Assembly: GCA_973895155.1 (NCBI GenBank)
Contig: OZ316891.1
Span: forward strand, 20,100,169 to 20,164,168
Length of the DNA stretch: 64,000 nt
Reading direction: 5' to 3'
From: Marsupella aquatica
Taxonomy: Eukaryota; Plantae; Marchantiophyta
The notes under the pieces are model-generated. The model worked only from the letters and a program-made list of their open reading frames with translations, did not search any database and was not told where the DNA came from. Shown here piece by piece: positions 25,491 through 37,300 of this stretch; the stretch's first letter is position 1, and the number at the start of each line of letters is the position of its first letter. The position numbers and the translations under genes are program-made.

Positions 25491-28370
25491 AACATCGTAT
25501 ATAATATAGAAAATAACATCCACTCTTGATAGCCCACATTCCACTTAATCAATAAATATGGACACTGTGCTGAAATTTGCCTTCAAAACTGCACAGTTCA
25601 TGCTTTTCAACTCCACATTGGCATAAACTTTCTTTGAATGTAAAAAAGTACTTTCATGTTCCATAGTTAGACATATCTAACTTTGGAGGCTTTACACCTT
25701 GTCAGGAAATAGGAAAATTATTTCATGTTGTGAGCAAAACTTTACTTTTACGAGCAAAAAAAATATTTTTGGCTAGCGCCAGGCGTTACTAAAAAATGTC
25801 AAAAATACAAACCCAAAAACAAAATTCCCAAAAAAACACCCAAAAAAAAACTCAATTTAAAAAAAAAAAATCTCAAAAAAATCTCAAAAAATTGTCATCC
25901 ACTGTTGTTTCCTTTTTCCTGTTTCCTGGCACGATGGTTATACCCAATTGACACTACAAAGCCCAATAAATATTTGTGCAGCTTCACAGTTAGCACTTTT
26001 TCATATAACCAGGTTTCGCTCTAGACATAAAATATCTCTTCTCTCCACTATCACCTCTCTCCACTGGTCAACAATTGAGGCTTGCTTGTTGAGCTCCTGG
26101 CCTAAGGCTTTTTGCAGCTAGCAAGGTAGAGTCATCATACGCAAATGCTTGGTCTAAGGAAGAATGGCTTGTCACATTCTCTAATTATGTCACTTAAATT
26201 GCATATTTTCCTTAAATTGAAACCCATAACTACATTAATGAGTTAAATTTTTCTTTCCACAAACTCTATACAAGACTTTTAGTGCAAAAAGTGAGTGAGT
26301 CAAATGATTTCTATGACACAGGTTGAGCAATAAAGACTATCAACATCTTAGATCCGAAAGTGGTGCTTTAAACTGCATTTCTTTAAATAATATAGTCCCG
26401 GTCAAGTTAATGCTAATATAAACACTGAAATAGTCTTGTTAAGATGCCCTGGGAGTGGGTAGCCTCTAGCAGCTCCTACAATTTGCCTAGTCTGAGGAAA
26501 GGATGTGTACTCCACCCTCTCCAACATAAATTGTCCCAATATAGCAAGAAGTTGTCTTATATATTAGTTGCTTCCCCCATATCTTCTAGATGTTGAAACT
26601 ACAGTTGAATGCAACGCTTGTTGTGTAGGATTACGATGCTCCCTCCCTCTTTTCACTAGTACCCCCATGAGAAGTTCCTTCCAAAATTCTTGGATGCACG
26701 TGCAGCCACATCAGCATGATTTGTCACAAACAAGAACTGTTAGATATGCAAGAAGAACCAAAAGTGACTACTAGTGTTTGAGGCAAGGCAAAGAAAAACA
26801 ATTAGACCCTGTGATTGTAAAAACAATGGAAAATTGAAAAGTAACATTTCAAGTAAACAAAGAAAAGGGTAAAATAGGGGTGAAAAGAAATAATCTCTGG
26901 ATGAGTTGTGATTCATATATCAGTGCTTTCTAGTAATATGTTTCAATTTTCTATCTAATATACACATTTTTGAAACAATGACAAGTAGAAAGAAACTATT
27001 CAACTACTCTAACATTTACCATGTAACATAAGAAACCCAAGAAACTTTTCAACTTCTCTAAAATTTACCAAGGTCACTTGAGAAACCCTTTCGCTTATAT
27101 GGATAGAGGAGTAACAAACAAAGGTAAGAAACACAATAACTACTATGGGTAGAGGAATACCAAGGGACCCTAAGACGTTTCAACTACTGTGGACAAAGTA
27201 ATATTTTGCATGAACTATATGGAATGTTACATGTATTGTATAGGTATAGAGGTACTAAGGGAAACTTTTTGCATATAGAATTACCCTTGGTATTACTATG
27301 ACTGCACTCCTATCTGTCTTGAATGAAATTGTCTTAACTACTTTTAAAATTCACTTCAATTAGAATCCTCCATTTAATCTTGGTTCTCTCATCTATAGTT
27401 TAATCATGGCTCCAAATAGTTTAATAAAACAAGCTTACATAACCAAGGGTCCTCAAACCCAATTTTGAGGAGATATCTTGATACTAAGACAAAGTTTGGG
27501 AGACTTGTGTTTGCAGCAACATCATTAGCTTCAATGATATGTAACATGGGAATTGAAGAGAAATTTTTGTCATACTAAAGAAGCTCCCCAAGTAACTTGT
27601 GAAAACCTGCAAATAGTACTCCCAAGTATGTTCCCACTGCTATGAGGTATTTGCTTGTTGGGACCACTAAATGAAAAGTATTACTTGATAGAACACTTGA
27701 GGTTTTGGGTAGGTTGTTTCAAGGTCTATCAAGATCAATTAACAGTTTGAATCACCCAGGGATCCTATCATGTAACACTTTTCATTTGGGGATCCCATCA
27801 AACAAATACTTCCCCTGCTCTTGATTAACAAGTTTCCTTTCTCTTGACTGCAAAGTGGCAGAGTGACTTAAGTGGATTGAAATTGTGGATTGACCTGATT
27901 GTAGCTGCATGTTCATCATTGATAAAATGGCACTAACAAGACCTAAGATTGTCATTACACTGGAGAAGAACATTGAATACAACACATTAGACTCCATGCA
28001 TAGGTTGAATTCAACCATGAGAGAATGTTTGAAATGTTGCAATGTTATGTTGGAAACCGTCAGCTCAGACTAGGCAGCAATGCGGAAACATGAGAATGCA
28101 CATAATCTCAAACTGTTGAGCATAGACGACGATCGCAACGGCAAGCCCATGAACCATCCAACGCACAATAGTCGACACAAGAGATACGTGGTTCACCTCC
28201 TTGAGGCTACGTCCACGGGAACACACAAGAGAGCTTTACTGAACTCTAAGCCGTCGGCTATACCGAGTCTCCACAGTGTAAGCTCTCCCTATCTCTCAAG
28301 TGGCTCCATAACAATGAGCCTTGGTTCTACCTCTCCAAGCACACATGCCTCTTATGATATAGTGTGCAAC

Positions 28371-28530
28371 TTAGTTGTACCTAACCACATAGTTGTACCT
28401 AATCACGTAGTTGTACCTAACCACATAGTTGTACCTAATCACGTAGTTGTACCTAACCACATAGTTGTACCTAATCACGTAGTTGTACCTAACCACGTAG
28501 TTGTACCAACCCACGTTGTTGTACCAACCA
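28371..28530. repeat. 18-bp tandem array inside the LTR (second copy at ~33721-33843)
   Basis: TAGTTGTACCTAA(C/T)CAC(A/G) repeats; the left LTR has two more units (36 bp) than the right. Confidence 0.9.
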
Positions 28531-28760
28531 CGTCATACCTAACCTAGACGTAAGAGTAAATACCCAACAATCTTCCCCTTGACTCTGGTCTAGGGGAGAG
28601 TAATACTGCCAATGTATATGATCCCTCAGCGGGAAGTTCTGGACAAAAACCAAACCGGTTTCCCTCTCTAACTAGAGCAAACCAGAACTAAGCCGTAGCC
28701 TAATACATAGGAATGAGGAAGAGCATATATCAGTAATTACAATGAATGTTTAAGAAAACT

Positions 28761-31700
28761 CTACTTGTGATGCAATTGCAAAACCTGCAATACGTCACGG
28801 TGTCTAGAGAAACTCTCCAAAGGAATCACTTTGGTAAATGCGTCAGCCGGGTTGAGTTTACCATCAATCTTGACTAGCTCAAACAAATTATCAAACACAG
28901 CCTGCCTGATAAAATGGTACCTGACGTCAATGTGCTTCACTCTGCTGTCCATCACCTGGTTCACAGCAAGGTGGAGCGCACTTTGACTATCACAATGGAG
29001 CTTCACATTCCCCTGTGGCAATCCCATTTCAGTGATAAGTCTATCCAACCAAATCGCTTCCTTTGCTGCTTCCGCAGCTGCAACATACTCCGCTTCTGTA
29101 GTAGACTGAGCAATACACTTCTGCAAAGTAGACCTCCAACTTATGCATCCACCGCCAAGTGTGAACATGTATCCTGTTGTTGATCTCCTTCGGTCCAAAT
29201 CTTGTCCATAGTCAGAATCTACATAGCCAATCAATGATCTAGCATTCTTTGCATTCGCATCAAATAAAAGACCATGATCCACGGTACCCTTCAAGTACCT
29301 GATAATCCACTTCATTGCTTCCCAGTGTACCTTCCCTGGATTCGACATGTACCTGCTCACCTTGCCCATAGCCATGGCAAGATCAGGTCTAGTGCAAGTC
29401 ATCAAATACATGAGACTCCCCACTGCCTTGTCATATGGAACCTTTGACATCAACCCCTTCTCTGTGTCATCCGTAGGACAGAACGCTGATGATAACTTGA
29501 AGTGTGGAGCCAACGGGGTACTTACTGGCTTGCTATTCTCCATGTTGAACCTTGCAATTACCTTCCTCGCATAACTGCTCTGCGTCAACCATAGCTTGCC
29601 AGCCTCCAAGTCCCTAGTGATCTCCATACCCAAAATCCTCTTAGCTGGCCCTAAGTCCTTCATCTTAAACTCTGCACTAAGCAGTGCCTTGAGCTTAACA
29701 ATCTCAGACCTATCCTTGGCTGCAATTAGCATGTTATCCACATAAAGTACTAAAACAATGAACCCAAAGACAACATTCTTCACCGGTTTCAAATACACAC
29801 AAGGGTCAAATACACTTCTGTGAAAACCTTGTGACCGAATCCAATCGTCAAACCGCTTGTTCCACTGTCTTGGTGACTGCTTCAACCCATACAAGGATTT
29901 CAACAATCTGCAAACCAATTCCTCCTGTCCTCTCTTCACAAAACCTAGCGGTTGTCTCATGAAGATCACCTCTTCCAATGTGCCATAGAGGAAAGCTGTG
30001 ACAACATCCATCTGATCTAGGAGCAGACCAAACATTACAACAAGTACACACAATAGTCGTATTGTAGAGTACTTAGCAACTGGTGAGAAGACCTCATTGT
30101 AATCCACACCTTTCTCTTGTGTGAATCCCTTTGCTACCAATCTAGCCTTGTAGACCTTCGATCCACCTCCTATGGAATTATCCTTCAGCTTGTAAATCCA
30201 CTTGCTGTCCACCACTTGCTGACCCTTAGGCAGCTTAACAAGCTCCCAAGTTTTGTTGTCCTTTAGTGACTGCATCTCCGTTTGCATTGCTGCAGTCCAC
30301 TTCTGCTTCTCCTTTGAAGCACTTGCCTCATGAAATGAAGAAGGTTCTCCTTCTTCCAAAATTAACGCATCACCCTCATCATCAGCTGTAAAATCATCCT
30401 CTTGCAGTTGAGATGAATCAACCCACTGTCCATACCTTGGTGGAGTGCGTACAGTGCGACCAGATGTTCTTCTAGCCGATGACTCCGGTTGATCTGCGTG
30501 TGCTGGTACAATTTGAAGCTCAACAGCATCCACTTGCTGCTCACCAGCATCAACAAACTCCTCTGGTTCCTCTGGCACAGGAACCAGCTCCATAATTGGA
30601 GCAACTCCTTCTCTCCGGTCATGCACCTCATAACCAATCTCCCCCTCAACGAGATCCGGGATAGGAGATTTTCCTTTGTCAGTACGGGAGACCTGAGTAT
30701 TCTCCCCCTCCTTCAATAATCTGGATTCATTGAAGGAAACATCCCTACTAACAACGAGCTTACAGGCAATAGGATCCCATAGCCTATAGGCTTTCACACC
30801 ACTCTGGTACCCAAGAAAAACACATTTCCTGGAGGTAGGATCCAACTTGGTCCTATTCTGCTTTGGTGTGAGAGCATATGCATCACTTCCAAAAACTACC
30901 AAGCCATGATAGTCTGCTTGCCGCTTATAGCGCATCTCAAACGGCGTTTTGAAATTGATAGCACTAGAAGGAGAAAGATTTACCAAATAAGCTGCGGTAT
31001 TGACAGCTTCTGCCCAAAATTCTTGTGGTAAACCTGATTGGCTCAACATACTCCGTGACCGCTCCAACAGTGTCCGATTGAGCCTCTCAGCGACACCATT
31101 CTGCTGCGGAGTATAAACTGTGGTGAGATGGCGAGTTATCCCCTGTTCTGAACAGCACTCTTCAAATTCCATTGAAGTGTACTCCCCGCCGTTGTCTGAC
31201 CTCAGACTCTTCACCCTTGTATCCAAACACTTGATCGTGTTTCCAGTCTGATTCTCCACCTGGGCCTTCCACTTCTTAAAAATGGACAAGACATCAGACT
31301 TATGCGTCATGAAATAAATCCACACAAATCTTGAGTAATCATCAATAAATGATACATAGTACAACTTTCCAGAGTGTGAGGGAGTCGGGGATGGACCCCA
31401 CACGTCACTATGTATGTACTCAAGAACCGCTTTGGAACAATGAGTTCCAACACCAAAAGCACGACAATGCTGCTTTCCAAGAATGCAATGCTCACAAAAC
31501 TCTAATTTAAAAGATTGCAAATCATAAATGAGTCCATTCTTCCGTAAGATAGCCAAACCCTTCTCACTCATGTGGCCTAGCCGTGAATGCCATAGTTGAG
31601 TCATCTCCTCGTGAGACTTGGTTACATTGGCCTCTCCACATACAGTATTGCCCTGTAACACATATAAATTCTTTTGTCTACTCCCCTTCAAAATCACTGT

Positions 31701-33038
31701 CTCTCCTGACCTGACTTGAAGTTCACCATCAATAACGCTCCATTGATGACCATTTGAATCCAACACACCGAGTGAAATCAGATTCTTACGCATGCCAGGT
31801 ACATACCTGACTCCGGATACTGTGCGCACAGCGCCATCAAACATTTGAATCTTCACAGACCCAATTCCCTCAATTTGACAGGAGTGATCATTTCCCATCA
31901 GAACTGAACCGTTTGAAACAGAGTAAGAACTGAAAAACTCACGAATGTAACAAATATGAAAAGAGCAAGCACAATCAAGAATCCACACATCATCTGCTCT
32001 CCTAGATGACGTGCACAGGGCATACCCCCGGCTTCATAAAACATACTCATCATTGAGTAAATCAGCTTCTCCATCAGCCCTAGCCACATTTGCCGATGAA
32101 GTTTCCGCTGCCTTTCCCTTACAGTCTTGCTTGAAGTGTCCAACTTGGTTGCACTTCCAACATGTCACCTGCCTCCTCTGAGGGGATTTACCCTTGGACT
32201 TAGATCTGGATTTAGATCTAAACTGGGTTCTACGGTCCCCAGTTGGTCGCTGCATACTCCTCCCACGGTTAACATTGAGGGCAGCACCAAATGATGAAGG
32301 CTGTGACGTGATGTGCATCTTCTGCTGAAGATCATCACTAAGCAGAGAACTTACCACGTCATTGTATGAAATGGTATCCCTATCACGATGCAACAACACT
32401 CGTGATAGGGACTGGTAAGATGGAGGCAATGAACTAAGAAGCTGCAGAGCCTTCGTCTCATCATTCAAAGTCTCCCCAAGGTTTTCCAAGTCAACAACCA
32501 TGTCGTTGAAAGCATCCACATGGTCTTGCAACTTTGTACCAGATTCCTTCATCCTGAAACTCATCAGTTTGTAGGAAGTGTAGAGCCGGTTCGACAACTC
32601 CTTGCGGTGATACTTGCTCTGCAATTCCGCAAACAAGGACATGCAATCCTTATGTGCACCCAACTGCTTGATGATGGGAGGCATGAGATAGAGTGTAACA
32701 CATCACACTCCCTGCTCCTGCATGCGGTCCCATTGTTTCTCATCAACATCGTCTTCACGAGGGCTCAGCAGTTGGCCCATCCCTGACGCATAAAGCACTC
32801 CCTTCACCTGCTTCTCCCATAGCAAGTAGTCAGAGCGTCCATCATACTTTGTCACTTCATACTTGGGTCCCCCAAGCTTGAAAGTCCCCATCTTCTTCTT
32901 TACCGTGAGCTCCGGTAGTAGTACTGCTTCCTCCACCACACGCCGCACCGGTGATGGTATCGGTGTCACGTGCTCTTCCTCCTGCTCCTCTCTCTGCCCC
33001 TGAAACCTCCGCGGTGATCCTCGTGCTTCAAGTTCCAC
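28761..33038 (-). pseudogene. Copia gag-pol: one reading frame broken by in-frame TGAs at 32705-32703 and 32036-32034
   Basis: ORFs 32703-33038, 32034-32684 and 28761-31988 are in the same frame; CWKCNQVGHFKQDC knuckle, WILDCACSFH protease, HHCC and DDE integrase, RT with YVDN in place of YVDD, RNase H. Confidence 0.9.
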
Positions 33039-34353
33039 GTCTTGTCAACAACGAATGTTGATCAATTGCACTTGGTGCCGTCACCAAGTCCAACAAGGTA
33101 ATTGATTTTGCTTAGCCTTCCTCTTTGCATCAAAGAGCCAATCCCGGACTCAAAAACAATCGTCTTGCCTCAATCTCTCCGTTGAGTCAAAACACTTGAC
33201 GCTTCTCCCTCCGAGTCGATTGCCAACTTTCTTCACAAAATCCAGAACGACAAAAACTTAGATCTCTCTGCACCACGAGCTCCGTTCAACGATTTCTTCA
33301 CACCGTTAGAAAGCTCTTGCCCTGATCTATCCGTTGAGCCCATAAACTCCAAGTTCCATGCGATGGAACTCTGGAAAATCCACCAACACTCAACGCTGGA
33401 AAAACCGTCATGAAATCCCGTCACGAACATACGTCACCTCCCAAGCATGCTCTGATACCAATTGTTGAGCATAGACGACGATCGCAACGGCAAGCCCATG
33501 AACCATCCAACGCACAATAGTCGACACAAGAGATACGTGGTTCACCTCCTTGAGGCTACGTCCACGGGAACACACAAGAGAGCTTTACTGAACTTTAAGC
33601 CGTCGGCTATACCGAGTCTCCACAGTGTAAGCTCTCCCTATCTCTCAAGTGGCTCCATAACAATGAGCCTTGGTTCTACCTCTCCAAGCACACATGCCTC
33701 TTATGATATAGTGTGCAACTTAGTTGTACCTAACCACATAGTTGTACCTAATCACGTAGTTGTACCTAACCACATAGTTGTACCTAATCACGTAGTTGTA
33801 CCTAACCACGTAGTTGTACCAACCCACGTTGTTGTACCAACCACGTCATACCTAACCTAGACGTAAGAGTAAATACCCAACACAAACTACACCTACAAGA
33901 CACCAATGATGGAGAAACTCTTGAAGGATCCATAGCTCATGAGAAAGAACATGTGAAGAATGAAAGAGAGAATGCTCTTTATCCAACCTATACCCCCCAA
34001 GGGGGACTAAGATGTGTGGGCCTAAATAAGTGGATCTTATCCTTAACTAACAGGGTCAACTAACCCTAGGAAGACCAAACTAACTAAAGTCGGGAACTCA
34101 AGTCAATTCCTAACATGTTACCACACGTACAAGAGAATAGCTAGCAAAGTTTGATTCAAGAGCACTTGTGGAGAGAAGTGCATACAGGCTGAAGACATGG
34201 GCCTCAATTTTGATTATGTAATTTGATACATTGAAATCAACCAGAACATAAACACTTTCTATGCTTGTGGGGGTTTTGAGATCATCATATGGTCATTGAT
34301 ATGCTTATCATGAGTGTATGCCTTCATTGATGATATTCCAAAAACATCATGGG

Positions 34354-37300
34354 TGTTAGATATTGCTTTAGTCTTGTGACTCATGAGCTAACCATAGTTA
34401 GTCTAACTCGGGTTAGGGCTTAGCTAATGTTAATGGTAGTGCTGTTGTGCATATAGCCAGGGCTGATGCCAGACCCTGGTGGAACTTAGGCTCATTATTA
34501 CGGAGCTAGTTGAGAGATAGGGAGAGCTTGTGCTGTGGATGCTTGGTATGGCCGGTTGGCCTAGAGTGCAGTAAAGCTCTTGTGTGTTCCCGTGGACGTA
34601 GCCTCATGTGGAGGTGAACCACGTATCTCTCTGTGTCGACTATTGTGCGTTGGATGGTTCATGGGCTTGCCGTTGCGAATGTCGTCTATGCTCAACAAGT
34701 GGTATCAGAGCATGCCTGGGAGGTGACGAGGTTTTTTCGTGACAGGTTTTTCCAGCGTTCATTGTCGGTGGCACATTCGGAGTTTCGTCGCATGAAACTT
34801 GAATGTGTGTGGCTGAGCGGATAGGTTAGTGAGAGGGCTTTCTAACGGTGGTTAGAACTCGCTGATCGGTATCCGTGGTGCGGAGGAATCAAAGTTTGTG
34901 TCGTTCAGGTTTTATTCATGTTCGACGGGTTTTCAGGGGAGAGACCAGAGTTTGCATTGTTCAACGGTGTGAGCTGTGCGGTGTTCAGGGGATCGCACAT
35001 TATAGCTTAAGTTGAAGGTTGAAGCAAGCTGGTCGTTTTGGTAGCTGGATTGCTGCCGAGTTGTTATCGAGTGCAACGTGACAAGTGAAGGAGGCGTTCA
35101 GGTTTTTTCACAAGCTATGGAGCTTGTTCCCATCTGAACCGGGTTTCTCTTCGTGACGACTGACTCGGTGGAAGAAACGCGGAGTGCCACAGCTCAACGG
35201 TTTGATCACGGCGAGGCGGTCATTTTGAGCCCAGGATTGGCACTTGACGTGGAGTGAAGGTGACACGACGGAAAGTTTAGTCTCTGCTGAGCTTGTAGAA
35301 TGTGCCGATGCAATTCGGAAACATTTCTCGTCAGCGTCGTTCACTTTACTCATGAGAATTGGCGGCAACAAGGTGTGTAATGCGGCATTTATTTTTTGGT
35401 GCCATTTTTCTATTGTAAAGGGGTTTTAAAGCCCTTGTGTGTGTATACCGTGTGTCGTCGTCATTTCGACCCCCTCCCCTCCATACGCCTTTCGAACCCC
35501 GCGCCTCCCCACTACACTATCGCAAATGCGGCCGAGGCATGCCCCGCAGCGCTGGCCGACGCACTTCGCGCCTGCCCCGACCTCCCTCCTCCCGCCGGCC
35601 ATCCGGCTAATGTTCGCCCCTCCCTCGGTGCCGTGACTTTTGCACCGGCAGTCGCTAGTCGGCAGCCCTTGGTCCGGCCCTGCCCATACACGTAAGCAGC
35701 TGCCCTCGCCCGACCATACGCCTTGTAAACGCCCGGCCCAATACGCATATTCTCCCTGGCCCGCCTCGCATCGCCTATACGACGCGGATGCGCCTTTTTT
35801 ATACGGGGTATTTTTGGTTTTAAGGGCTTAAGGGCCCCCTTTAGGCCCCATTTTTAGCATTTTCTTTCTCCTTTGCATTTCCTCTGGTGTCGGGACATGC
35901 TGCCCTCCATTTTAACCGCTCAGACAGGGGGAACGGCCCCCTATGAGACTTGTCGGGCTGTGCGGGAATATTCCCGAAAAACAGAAAGCTGTTTTTTGGC
36001 CGTCCGACGAAGATTTTGTCCGCCAAACAATAACTTTTTTGGTTCTTTTTTGGCGAGGACGTTGCCACTAGAGTTAGCAACGTGGCGCACCGATCACATT
36101 GCGATTCCAACGACGGGTTGTACTTGGTATTTTGGTTATTCTTTGAGGTGGTCAAAATGGGGGAGTTTCCCAAGGTTTTACCCACCCCGACCAAAATTTG
36201 AATAACTTTTCCGTTGAATTTCAATTTTGATTATGACTTTCAGTATTGGACTCCTAGCTTTGTGGGCTACGCGGCGGTGTTAAGTTTTGAGTTTTATGAG
36301 AAGTTTCAAAAAAAGACATTTTTTCGTGATTGTTTTATATGAGTGACTCAGAGGATACTTGAAGAATTGGCGTCGGTGGAGCTTCAAGATCACGACGGTC
36401 AGACGGAGAGTCTAAGGAGGAGCTGCTACCGTTTGAGGAAGAACAAATAACACCGGTACGATCACCGGTGTGACGTGCAGTGGAGGAAGTTGTACTACTA
36501 CCAGAGCTATCGATAGTAGGGAAGAAGAGGGAGATGGCTAGATTCGGAGGAGTGAAGTTTGAGGTGGAGAAGTACGATGGTCGTACTAATTACTTGCTGT
36601 GGGAGAAGCAAGTGAAGGGTGTTCTACGGGCCATGGACTTAACTCATCTGCTTTCATTGCGAGAGCAGTATGATGGAGAGGAGGAGATTTCTGTGAGACA
36701 GTGGAGACAGGAGCAGGTGATTACTGTCAACGCAGTGATGCTATATCTCAAGCCGCACATCATCAAGCAGCTGGATGATTATGCGGATTGCGCGTCACTG
36801 TTCAAGGCTCTAAGAGAGAAGTACTACCGGAAAGATGCGTCAGACCGATTGTACAAGAAGTCTCTCTTGATGAGCCTCAGGCTCAAGGAAGGGAACAAGA
36901 TGCAGGATCACCTGGATGAGTTTGACAGTCTAGCAGTGGATCTGTCAAACCTGGGAAAAATAGTTGAAGATGAGGATAAGGCCTTACTTTTGCTAAGCTC
37001 CTTACCGCCGTCTTATTAGGGCTTGAAACAGGTGCTCTTGTACAGAGATCTGAAGTCCATTTTGTATAATGAGGTAGTGAGCTCTTTACTATCTGATGAT
37101 ACTCAAAAGAAGTTGGGTCAATCACAGACAACATCTTCTTCTGGCACTGCGCTCAATGTAAATAGGGAAAGAGCAGCGCACGAATGAACAGAACAAGTTT
37201 AGATCCACATCACGGGGGAGATCTAAATCCAGAGGAAAATCGCAAGATAGGAAGCCTCTTGCATGTTGGAATTGTGGCAAGCCTGGCCACATGAAAAGGG

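Larger units (their letters stand above)
28114..33882 (-). mobile_element. Full-length young Ty1/copia LTR retrotransposon
   Basis: LTRs 33463-33882 (420 bp) and 28114-28569 (456 bp) are nearly identical; TSD CAAAC on both sides; PBS TGGTATCAGAGC (tRNA-iMet) at 33449-33460; PPT at ~28571-28586; domain order gag-PR-INT-RT-RH. Confidence 0.97.
28048..34115. mobile_element. Older solo LTR (~294 bp: 28048-28113 + 33888-34115) interrupted by a nested copia
   Basis: TGTTGG start and CCTAACA end, flanked by 5-bp TSD TGTTA at 28043-28047 and 34116-34120. Confidence 0.75.

Noticed and set aside
28080-28547. 155-aa ORF with VVPNH repeats (also 33462-33860)
   Set aside because: Antisense translation of the LTR 18-bp array; no sign of a real gene.
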